Shown in pieces: positions 1 through 8,237 of a stretch of DNA of 64,000 nt (position 1 is its first letter; the number at the start of each line of letters is the position of its first letter). The notes beneath the pieces are model-generated. The model made no database searches, was not told the DNA's origin, and saw only the letters and a program-made list of their open reading frames with translations. Origin of the DNA: Dehalococcoidia bacterium (GTDB lineage: Bacteria; Chloroflexota; Dehalococcoidia; Plut-88900); NCBI GenBank assembly GCA_965207225.1, contig CBDBLV010000005.1:800001-864000 (forward strand). Direction: 5' to 3'. Made by a program: the position numbers and the translations under genes.

Positions 1-172
1 TTACGATGGATGTGGCAGTCGGGACGACGGTAGCCGTAGCCGGAACGCTAGGGACCATCGGCGTAGAGGTCGGAAAAGCCGATTGCGAAGGGTTATGCAT
101 ACAGCCAAAAGCCAGCGCCAGCGAAAGTGCCGCTATCGCAAACAACCCTAACCCTTTTACGTGTCTCCTCAA
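1..172 (-). CDS. Putative lipoprotein, N-terminal part (runs off window start)
   Basis: Manual translation from TTG at 172: MRRHVKGLGLFAIAALSLALAFGC, a lipobox-like signal followed by a Pro/Thr-rich linker; not in ORF track. Confidence 0.6.
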   Translation of the reverse strand, partial: MRRHVKGLGLFAIAALSLALAFGCMHNPSQSAFPTSTPMVPSVPATATVVPTATSIV

Positions 173-194
173 CTTACAACGATGGCTTCCCCGA

Positions 195-1016
195 CTACCC
201 CCTCACGTGCTCCCGCCACCCCGACCCCTCTGTCCTCTCCATGAACTCCCCGTGGATCGCAGCATTGGTGGCTATCACACTCGGAGTCCTGAAATCCGCA
301 GGCGCACCCGACCCCGTCGTCACCACCCCTCCCGCCTCCCGGACCAGCAGCAGACCGCACATCACGTCCCACGGCGCCAGCGCATGGTGAAAGTACATGT
401 CCACCCGACCGCACGCCGCCCACGCCATTCCCAGCGCCGCCGACCCCATGATCCGTATCGTCTGCATCCCTGGCCACATTTCTGCCAGCATCAGCACCGC
501 CCGACGCGCCATCTCCTCGTCATACCCCATGTCCGTCGAAAGCACCGAGGCAGCGATCGTCTCCTGCTGGGACACGCTGATAGGTCTGTCGTTCAGGAAC
601 GCCCCACCGCCCTTGCTCGCGTGGAACATCTCCTTCCGCAATGGATCGTAAGTAAAGGCCAGCTCCATCTCGCCTTCGTAGGCAAGCCCCAGGTTCACTG
701 CAAAATGCGGGTTCTCCGACGCGAAGTTCCGGCTCCCGTCCAGCGGGTCCACTATCCACGTCCACCCCGAACTCCCCTCCACCGCCCCCCTCTCCTCCGA
801 CAGAATCGAAAACTCCGGAAACTCCTGCTGTAGAAGTTCGAGGATGCGAGATTCGGCCCGGTAGTCCGTGTCCGTCACCACGTTCCCCCGACCCTTGAAA
901 TACACCTCTTTCTGCTCCCGAAACCCGCGCACCAGCGTCCGGCTTGCTCTGGCAATGGCCTCCCGGGCGACCTGCTCTGCGGTCTTGCCCGACGCAGAAA
1001 GTGGCAATTCTCTCAC
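195..1016 (-). CDS. suhB: Inositol monophosphatase family protein
   Basis: WIVDPLDGSRNF and PWDVMCG motifs. Confidence 0.9.
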   Translation of the reverse strand: MRELPLSASGKTAEQVAREAIARASRTLVRGFREQKEVYFKGRGNVVTDTDYRAESRILELLQQEFPEFSILSEERGAVEGSSGWTWIVDPLDGSRNFASENPHFAVNLGLAYEGEMELAFTYDPLRKEMFHASKGGGAFLNDRPISVSQQETIAASVLSTDMGYDEEMARRAVLMLAEMWPGMQTIRIMGSAALGMAWAACGRVDMYFHHALAPWDVMCGLLLVREAGGVVTTGSGAPADFRTPSVIATNAAIHGEFMERTEGSGWREHVRG

Positions 1017-2011
1017 TAAGCCTTGGCCTTAAGGCCCATCCTCTCCCGCACTTCTTCCAGGGTAGCCCGAGCAATCACGCTCGCCCTCCGCGCCCCGTCC
1101 TCCACGACTTCCCGCAGGTACTCGGGCCTCTCCGCCAGTTCCCGCCTCCGCTCCCGGAACCCCTCCAGCGAGCCGTTTATCCCCTCGGCCAGCATCTTCT
1201 TGCAGTCCACGCACCCCCGAGTCGCCCCCCGACACTGCTCCGCTATGTCCTCGATCTTGTCCGGATTGAACTGCTTGTGCAGCGAAAATACGTTGCACAC
1301 TTCCGGACGCCCGGGGTCCGACTTCCGCTGCCGCTGCGGGTCAGTCACCGCACCCATCACCCTCTTCCTAGTCTCCTCGGGAGTCGCCGCAAGCTCGACG
1401 TGGTTGTCGAGACTCTTGCTCATCTTGTTGCTCCCGTCCAGCCCGACAATCAAGGCCGTCTCCGTCAACTTCGCCTGCGGCTCCGGAAACGTCGGCCCGA
1501 AAATGTGGTTGAACCGGCGCACAATCTCCCGGGCCAGCTCCAGGTGCGCCACCTGGTCCTCGCCCACCGGCACCGTGTCCGCCTTGTAAATCACTATGTC
1601 CGCAGTCATCAGCACCGGATACCCGACCAGCCCGTAGTTGATGTTGTCAGGCTGATTTCGGGCCATGTCTTTGAACGTCGGCACCCGGGTCAGCCACCCG
1701 TGCGGCGTCACCATGCTCAGCAGCGTGTGTAGGGTCAGCACCTCCGGCACGTGAGACTGCACGAACAGTATCGACTTCTCCGGGTCCAGCCCCGCCGCCA
1801 GCCAGTCCAGCATCATCTCCTTGATGTTGTCCTGTAGCTGCCCCGTGTTCTCCAGCGTCGTCAACGCGTGGATATCCACGGCGCAGTAGATGCAGTCGTA
1901 GTCGTCCTGCAGCGCTACGTAGTTCTGTATTGCCCCGAGATAGTTCCCTAGGTGCTGCCGACCCGTGGGCCGGGCCCCGGAAAACACCCTTCCTTTTTTC
2001 CCGTTAACCAT
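1016..2011 (-). CDS. trpS: Tryptophan--tRNA ligase
   Basis: HLGN (HIGH) and KMSKS motifs, YPVLMTADI, VPVGEDQ. Confidence 0.97.
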   Translation of the reverse strand: MVNGKKGRVFSGARPTGRQHLGNYLGAIQNYVALQDDYDCIYCAVDIHALTTLENTGQLQDNIKEMMLDWLAAGLDPEKSILFVQSHVPEVLTLHTLLSMVTPHGWLTRVPTFKDMARNQPDNINYGLVGYPVLMTADIVIYKADTVPVGEDQVAHLELAREIVRRFNHIFGPTFPEPQAKLTETALIVGLDGSNKMSKSLDNHVELAATPEETRKRVMGAVTDPQRQRKSDPGRPEVCNVFSLHKQFNPDKIEDIAEQCRGATRGCVDCKKMLAEGINGSLEGFRERRRELAERPEYLREVVEDGARRASVIARATLEEVRERMGLKAKA

Positions 2012-2124
2012 GCATTTTGTCCATAAAGTAAAAAGTACGATGTCGAAAGCAGTTGCAGTTTAGCACACCTGTGGTAAATTTCACACACCCTTTCCCATTC
2101 CCGTTTCTTCTGGAGGCCAACACA

Positions 2125-2628
2125 ATGTCCATCCGCTCCTTCGAAGGCAAGTCACCCCGCATCCACCCCTCATCCTACGTCGACGAATTCGCCGTCCTCA
2201 TCGGAGACATCGAGATTGGCGAGGAGTGCATCGTCCTGCCCGGTGCTGTCATCCGCGCCGACCACGGGACCACCCGGATCGGCAACCGCTCCAACGTCCA
2301 GGACAACGCCGTCATCCACACCGGCGGCGTCGACATCGGGGAGGACGTCACCATCGGCCACGGCGCAATGATCGAAGCCCGCAAGATCGGCCACCACTCC
2401 CTCATCGGCATCAACGCCACCCTCCTCGCCGACTCCGAAATCGGCGAGTTCTGTCTCGTCGCTGCCGGCGCGGTAGTCAAGGAAGGCGCCCGTGTCCCTC
2501 CCTATTCCTTCGTAGCCGGCGTTCCCGCCCAGGTCAAGCCCCTGAAGAAAGAGCTCGCCGATCATCTCAAGATGGCCAGCAGCCTCTACACCACCATGGT
2601 CCCCAGGTACAAGTCGGGGCTGGGGTAA
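2125..2628 (+). CDS. Gamma carbonic anhydrase family (hexapeptide repeat) protein
   Basis: MSIRSFEGKSPRI start after GGAGG; SNVQDNAVIH and TIGHGA motifs. Confidence 0.9.
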   Translation: MSIRSFEGKSPRIHPSSYVDEFAVLIGDIEIGEECIVLPGAVIRADHGTTRIGNRSNVQDNAVIHTGGVDIGEDVTIGHGAMIEARKIGHHSLIGINATLLADSEIGEFCLVAAGAVVKEGARVPPYSFVAGVPAQVKPLKKELADHLKMASSLYTTMVPRYKSGLG

Positions 2629-2633
2629 GAGAA

Positions 2634-4541
2634 ATGGGCATAGAAGCATTAACCCATCGAGACGATGGCTCCGAAGTCCCCGTTCCCGTCACCCGAGACG
2701 ACTGGGACCTCTGGGTCAGCGCAGGCCGCACCCGCAACTGGGTCCTCAACGATCCCCTCGTCGATTGGCTCCAACGCTACGGCAAGACCCGAGACTATCT
2801 TCCTAAAAGTGAGCTCCCTGGCTACCGCAAGGACTTGGACTTCATCCAGTTCATCTTCGAAAAGGGCAGGCAGTTCAAAGCCGGCATTCTTCGCCTCCTT
2901 GAAAAGCAATACGAGGTAGCAACCGTGGCCCGTGGTCACGAAGATATCCGCAGCCTAGACAAAGCCCGCGACACCTTTGAGGCAATGCGGCAGGGCGTCC
3001 CCATCATCTACCAGCCCGTCCTCTGGGATGCCCAGGACCTGACCTACGGCTCCCCCGACTTCCTCCTCAGAAGCGACGTCCTTCACCGCCTCTTTCCCAC
3101 CAACCTCTCCGAAGAGGATGCACAGACAATCGCCCCCGACTTGGGAGACAACCCCTGGCACTACCGGGTTGTCGATGTGAAGTTCACCACCCTGTCTCTT
3201 AACGCCGCAGGCGATGAACTCGCCAACGGGGGCAGTGCAACGGCATATAAGGCCCAGCTATACGTCTACAACCGCATGCTGGGCCGACTTCAGGGATATG
3301 AGCCCCCCGCATCCTACCTGCTGGGTCGCGGCTGGCATTTCAAGAGCAAGGGCGTCGACTACCGGGGCGACAGCGCCTTGGACCGGCTCGCGCCCATCCC
3401 CCAGGGCGGGACCATCACCAACAAGGTCCCCATCGCCCATGCCGTCGAGCAGGCTTTGGCTTGGGTGCGCCGCGTCCGCACCGAGGGCCGGGACTGGCAG
3501 CTCCTCCCCACACCCTCCGTCCCCGAGCTCTACCCCAATGTCGGCGGCGTAGATGACGACATGATGCTGGACTCCGGCCCCGTAGATCTGGAAGGCGATG
3601 ATGAGGATGCGCTGTCCGGCCGCTGGGAAAACGTGAAGAAGTGGCTGGCACATGAGTTGAAGGAGTTGACCTTGCTATGGCAGGTCGGGGTCGCCAAGCG
3701 CATTGATGCCCACTCCCGGGGAATCTATCGCTGGGACGACCCCCGCCTGACCCCATTCGACGTGAACATTAGGGGCGAAAAACAGGCGCCGGTCTTGCAG
3801 ATGCTGTTGGATGTCAACAGGAACGACGGACCACCTGTCCTCCCTCGGCGTATCGACGAGACCCGTGATGCCTGGTTCTCCGACCGCGGCCTGGAGTTCT
3901 ACGTCGACTTCGAGTTTTGCAGCGACCTCAATGACGACTTCTCGAACCTTCCCAGGAAAGGCGGGCAGCCACTGATTTTCATGATCGGTTGCGGTCACCT
4001 TGAAAATGGCCGGTGGCACTTCAAGTCACTGGTCGCCGACACCCTCTCCCAGACCGAAGAATCCCGCATTATCCGGGAGTGGTTTGACCACATGGCCCAG
4101 GTCCGCAACCGGCTGGACCCGGGCAATGCAGCCCCTCGCATATTTCACTGGTTCGCCGCCGAGATTACCGCTCTCAAAACCGCCTACAACTCTGCATGGA
4201 ATAGGCACAGCCAGCCGTCCGATTGGCCCGATCTCGGTTGGTACGACTTCCTCCAGAACGTGATGCGCCGGGAGCCCGTGGTCGTGCGCGGCGCATTGGG
4301 CTTCGGCCTCAAGGCAATTGCTAACGCCATGCACGCCCGGTGCCTGATCGAAACCGACTGGTCCGACAGCCCCCTCGACGGCTTGGGGGCCATGGTCGGC
4401 GCCTGGCGCTGCGACGAAAAAGCCCGCAGGAACGGCGTCTCCATGACCGCCGACCCCTTTATGGACGAAATCGCCCGCTACAACGAGGTCGACTGCAAAG
4501 TCATGATGGAGATAGTCCGCTACCTCAGGTCCAACCACTAA
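2634..4541 (+). CDS. TM0106-like RecB/PD-(D/E)XK nuclease with C-terminal RNase H-like domain
   Basis: GSPDFLL..VVDVK..AQLYVY nuclease motifs; FYVDFE..YNEVDC RNase H-like motifs; start moved to ATG 2634. Confidence 0.75.
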   Translation: MGIEALTHRDDGSEVPVPVTRDDWDLWVSAGRTRNWVLNDPLVDWLQRYGKTRDYLPKSELPGYRKDLDFIQFIFEKGRQFKAGILRLLEKQYEVATVARGHEDIRSLDKARDTFEAMRQGVPIIYQPVLWDAQDLTYGSPDFLLRSDVLHRLFPTNLSEEDAQTIAPDLGDNPWHYRVVDVKFTTLSLNAAGDELANGGSATAYKAQLYVYNRMLGRLQGYEPPASYLLGRGWHFKSKGVDYRGDSALDRLAPIPQGGTITNKVPIAHAVEQALAWVRRVRTEGRDWQLLPTPSVPELYPNVGGVDDDMMLDSGPVDLEGDDEDALSGRWENVKKWLAHELKELTLLWQVGVAKRIDAHSRGIYRWDDPRLTPFDVNIRGEKQAPVLQMLLDVNRNDGPPVLPRRIDETRDAWFSDRGLEFYVDFEFCSDLNDDFSNLPRKGGQPLIFMIGCGHLENGRWHFKSLVADTLSQTEESRIIREWFDHMAQVRNRLDPGNAAPRIFHWFAAEITALKTAYNSAWNRHSQPSDWPDLGWYDFLQNVMRREPVVVRGALGFGLKAIANAMHARCLIETDWSDSPLDGLGAMVGAWRCDEKARRNGVSMTADPFMDEIARYNEVDCKVMMEIVRYLRSNH

Positions 4542-4600
4542 CCCCTCGCCGCCTCCTCACCGCTATCTCGCCCCCCTAACCAACCGACGTCTCTCTCCCT

Positions 4601-4703
4601 GTCATTCCGAACGGCAGTGAGGAATCTGGGGAGGTGCAGTGCAGGTCTCCCAACTCGCCTGGATATGCACCCTTCCGCGTAGGGGCGACCGGCGGGTCGC
4701 CCT
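4601..4703. repeat. Cluster of REP-like palindromes (GTCATTCCG..GAGGAATCT and GTAGGGGCGACC..GGTCGCCCT)
   Basis: Related copies near 4814, 5921, 5966, 11595, 24977, 26007, 37506; reversed copies near 40786 and 44798. Confidence 0.7.
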
Positions 4704-4909
4704 GGGGGCGGCGGGGCCACTCATGCTGAGGCTCTCGAAGCACGAGCGGGGGGCGGGCCAAGCCCCTCCAAACCGTCACCTCTCTCCAACCCCACCCCAC
4801 CCTCCCTCCCTCCCATCCCGATGCCCTGCGAGGAATCTCCAACACCCCTCCCCCAACCCACCCCAATCTTTCCCACTCTCACGCTTCCATAGCATCCCCC
4901 CTTGGTAAA

Positions 4910-4950
4910 GAATTATCAGGAATGCTGCCTTGCAGCATTCCTGATAATTC
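4910..4950. other. Perfect 19-bp inverted repeat with 3-nt loop
   Basis: GAATTATCAGGAATGCTGC-CTT-GCAGCATTCCTGATAATTC. Confidence 0.9.
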
Positions 4951-5065
4951 AAATAAAACAGGGCGGGCGGGTGGGACTCATATTACTCCCTGGGCGGCCG
5001 GGAGGCGGTGAGGCTTCCCCTGGGGGCCCGGGGGAAATTCCCCCAAAACGCTCCCCCTCTGCCTA

Positions 5066-5093
5066 TTGACTTCTGTTATGTACGTTCTATACT
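5066..5093 (+). promoter_or_regulatory. Sigma70-like promoter
   Basis: TTGACT-N16-TATACT just upstream of ATG 5108. Confidence 0.55.
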
Positions 5094-5107
5094 AATGTTC
5101 AGACCTA

Positions 5108-6289
5108 ATGTCTACACCCAAACTTCACAACAAACCATTGTCAATAGACCATCGCCCCTCCAACGGGGCGTCCGCTCAAGAGGCGGTTGATCCCTCCCCG
5201 GGGCCCGACCCGGCCCCGGATGCCCGCGGCCCTGCGCCGCGGAAGAACCCCCGGGGCCCGGCTCCTCAAGGAGCACTCCTCCAGGCCCCGGATGCCTGCG
5301 GCAACCTACCGCAGAAGAAGACCCGCACCCCCGCCCCTGCACGCCAGGAGCGCAGTCGACGCGGAAGACCGTACCCGCAAAACCGCGACGGGTCCGGTAA
5401 AGCCGGCTTAGCCGAAGGCTCGTTGCCGCGTCTGGCCCCCGAGGGCCAGGACATCGAGCAGGAGATCGCTCTCCTACGTTCCCTTGCCAACCGCCTCTTG
5501 AGCAGGCGCCGCATCAACTACCCCTATCTCTTCCGATGCCTCAACCTCATCGCCAGGTGTACCACCGTCAAGGCCCGCTACTTCAACAACGAATCGGACG
5601 AGGAAGTCGACAAGATTGCCGCAGGCATGAGAAGGTTCTGGGAGTCCACCATGGCCGACCGCATCATCGGCTACCGGGAACTCCTCCCCATGATCATGGC
5701 CTCACCCGGCAAGGACTTGACCCGCTACGACAACCTCCTTCCCATCCACCCTGAACTGCTGGACTCCCTGCTGGAAGTCAAGGATGCCTGGGAGCGGGAA
5801 CACGGCTCCCCCTTTGTAGACAATCCGACCGACGAAGAAGAACCACCGCCCTTCGGAATGCGCCCCCTCCCCCCTCACCTCTACCAACCTCCCGACGACG
5901 ACCCACCCCTCTCTCCCTCCGTCATTCCCGACTCCGATCGGGAATCCATCCCCGCCCCCCTTCCCATTCCGATGCCCCGCGAGGAATCTGACGCGCCCAC
6001 ACCTGAGCCGACCCCGTCCCTTCCCACCCACACCCTTCCATCCGTCGTTCCTGTAGAGGACAGAGCCTGCCCCTGCGAAGGCGGGGGAACCCATCCCCAT
6101 ACCCCAACCCAGGCTGCGCTCGACCCTCCTCCTTCCTTCACTCCCATCGGGGCAGGCGCCCCGAACTACTGGGAAACGGACTCGTTCTCCTCCCCCATAG
6201 ACGCGACCGGCGGGTCCCCCGAATGGCCCGACCCCAGCCCACCCCCCAACCCCAAACCCCGCATCGCCCGGGGCCGCCCTCCTCCCTGA
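5108..6289 (+). CDS. Hypothetical protein with helical core and Pro-rich C-terminus containing translated REP-like repeats
   Basis: 393-aa ORF behind a plausible promoter; no recognised domain. Confidence 0.6.
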   Translation: MSTPKLHNKPLSIDHRPSNGASAQEAVDPSPGPDPAPDARGPAPRKNPRGPAPQGALLQAPDACGNLPQKKTRTPAPARQERSRRGRPYPQNRDGSGKAGLAEGSLPRLAPEGQDIEQEIALLRSLANRLLSRRRINYPYLFRCLNLIARCTTVKARYFNNESDEEVDKIAAGMRRFWESTMADRIIGYRELLPMIMASPGKDLTRYDNLLPIHPELLDSLLEVKDAWEREHGSPFVDNPTDEEEPPPFGMRPLPPHLYQPPDDDPPLSPSVIPDSDRESIPAPLPIPMPREESDAPTPEPTPSLPTHTLPSVVPVEDRACPCEGGGTHPHTPTQAALDPPPSFTPIGAGAPNYWETDSFSSPIDATGGSPEWPDPSPPPNPKPRIARGRPPP

Positions 6290-6400
6290 CCCCATTCACC
6301 CGCACCCAACAACTGAATAACTGGGATTGCACCCTCCCAACCTTCCCGTCTCACCGGAAAGTCCCGCTCATCCTATCCCGTCATCCCCTCCCATTTACCG

Positions 6401-6515
6401 AGTACCGAACTAGAGGCCCACGTGGGTGCAACGCACCCACGTGGGCCTCTGTTCTTTCCTCCCCCTCTCCCTTGAAGGCCCCAAGGGAGAGGGGGATAAA
6501 GGGGGTGAGGGTTCC
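6401..6515. repeat. Composite double-hairpin intergenic repeat, copy 1
   Basis: AGTACC.AACTAGAGG, 18-bp perfect stem 6412-6450, then GGGAGAGGGGGATAAAGGGGGTGAGGGTTCC. Confidence 0.85.
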
Positions 6516-6528
6516 CCCTCCCCACCCC

Positions 6529-8199
6529 TCACATCTCCTCCGGCGCCGACATCCCCATCAACCCCAGGCACCTCGCCAGCGCTATCCGGGCAGCGTACAC
6601 CAGCTTCAACCGGGCCTTGGAAAGCTCCTCATCCTCCCCCAGCACCCGACACTTCTCGTAGAAGCTGTGGAATATCGCCGCCAGGTCCTGCGAGTAGTGC
6701 GGCAGGTGTTGCGGCTCCAGCGTGTTCGCAATCAGCTCCAGCGTCTCCGGCAGCTTCAGCATCTGCCTTATTAGCTGCATCTCCGACTCCTCCCCCAGCA
6801 GCGACACGTCCCCCCCCGAGAAGTCGATTCCCTTCTCCTCCGCATTCCGCAGTATGCTGCACATCCGCGCATGGGCGTACTGCAGGTAGTATGCCGGGTT
6901 CTCCACCGACTGGCTCTTCGCCAGTTCCAGGTCGAACTCCATCTGGCTGTCCGCCGACCTCGCCAGGAAGAAGAACCGGCACGGGTCCGCCCCGACCTCA
7001 TCCACCACTTCCTTCAGCGTCACGATCTTCCCGCCCCTCTTCGAAAACTTGTCCACCTGACCGCCCCTCTTCAACGTCACCATCTGCGACACCAGTATGT
7101 CCAGCCGCGACGGATCGACACCCAGGGCCCCCACCGCTGCCTTCATCCTCGAAATATGCCCCTGATGATCGGCCCCCCATACGTTTATAACCCGGTTGAA
7201 CCCCCTGGTCACAAACTTGTCATAGTGGTATGCGATGTCCGACGCAAAGTACGTCGGGACGCCGCTGCCCCTCACCAGCACGTTGTCCTTGTCCTCCCCC
7301 AGCGCCGTCGACACGAACCACGTCGCACCGTCCCTCTCCCGTGTATGCCCCTCCGACTCCAGCCTCCCCATCGTCTCCTCGTACCTCCCCGACTCGAAGA
7401 GGCTCTGCTCGCTGAACCACACGTCGTGGTGGACGCCCATCTCCTCCAGGTCCCCCCTGATCAGGTCCAGCATCTTCCGAAGCCCGATCGCCCCGATCTC
7501 CCGTACCGCGTCCTCCTCCTCCTCCTCCTCCATATCCCGGAACCTCTCACCCTCCTCTTCTATGATCTCCTTCGCCACGTCCACCAGGTACGCCCCAACG
7601 TACCCCCCCGATGGCATTTCGGCCTCAATCCCCAACCCCTCCAGATAACGCGCATACAGCGACTGGTAGAAAAGCGACATCTGGTTCCCGGCATCGTTGA
7701 TGTAGTATTCCTGCTCAACAGACCACCCCGCCGCCTCCAGCATCCGCGCAAGCCCGCTCCCGAGCACCGCCCCCCGCCCGTGCCCCACGTGCAAGGGCCC
7801 CGTCGGGTTGACGCTCACGTACTCCACCTGCACCCGCTTCCCTCCCCCCGTGTCCACGTTCCCGTAAGACCCCCCGGCCTCGATGATTGTATCCACCTGC
7901 GCCTTCACCCACTCTGCCTTCAACCTGAAATTGATGAACCCCGGCTTGGCCAGTGTAACGCTCTCTATCTCCTCCGAGGTCTGCAGGTGGTCCAGCAGCC
8001 TCTGCGCTATGGCCATCGGACTCATGCTGGCGCTTCGGGCCAGCTTCAACGGTGCCGTAACCGCGTAGTCGCCGTGCTCTGCCTTTTGAGGTCTCTCCAC
8101 TACCACGTCCGGCAGTTCTATCTGCGGAAGTTCACCCTGCTCCTGGGCCTCTCGGAAGGACTTCCTGATCAGCGTATCAATATCGTCTCTGATAGCCAT
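6529..8199 (-). CDS. argS: Arginine--tRNA ligase
   Basis: VEYVSVNPTGPLHVGHGRG, WGADHQGH, YLQYAHARMCS. Confidence 0.97.
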   Translation of the reverse strand: MAIRDDIDTLIRKSFREAQEQGELPQIELPDVVVERPQKAEHGDYAVTAPLKLARSASMSPMAIAQRLLDHLQTSEEIESVTLAKPGFINFRLKAEWVKAQVDTIIEAGGSYGNVDTGGGKRVQVEYVSVNPTGPLHVGHGRGAVLGSGLARMLEAAGWSVEQEYYINDAGNQMSLFYQSLYARYLEGLGIEAEMPSGGYVGAYLVDVAKEIIEEEGERFRDMEEEEEEDAVREIGAIGLRKMLDLIRGDLEEMGVHHDVWFSEQSLFESGRYEETMGRLESEGHTRERDGATWFVSTALGEDKDNVLVRGSGVPTYFASDIAYHYDKFVTRGFNRVINVWGADHQGHISRMKAAVGALGVDPSRLDILVSQMVTLKRGGQVDKFSKRGGKIVTLKEVVDEVGADPCRFFFLARSADSQMEFDLELAKSQSVENPAYYLQYAHARMCSILRNAEEKGIDFSGGDVSLLGEESEMQLIRQMLKLPETLELIANTLEPQHLPHYSQDLAAIFHSFYEKCRVLGEDEELSKARLKLVYAARIALARCLGLMGMSAPEEM

Positions 8200-8237
8200 A
8201 GATATCGCCTCTGCTTTTGGAAAACGCAGATTATAAC

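Noticed and set aside
2634-4541. Cas4-like nucleases (also 31670-32359) as CRISPR-associated genes
   Set aside because: No repeat-spacer array or other cas genes seen in the window
5077-5100. LexA box (GAAC-N4-GTTC) over the 5108 promoter
   Set aside because: Only the GTTC half-sites match
7511-7530. (TCC)n run giving six Glu in ArgS
   Set aside because: Short in-frame triplet run in an essential gene; not a phase-variation signal
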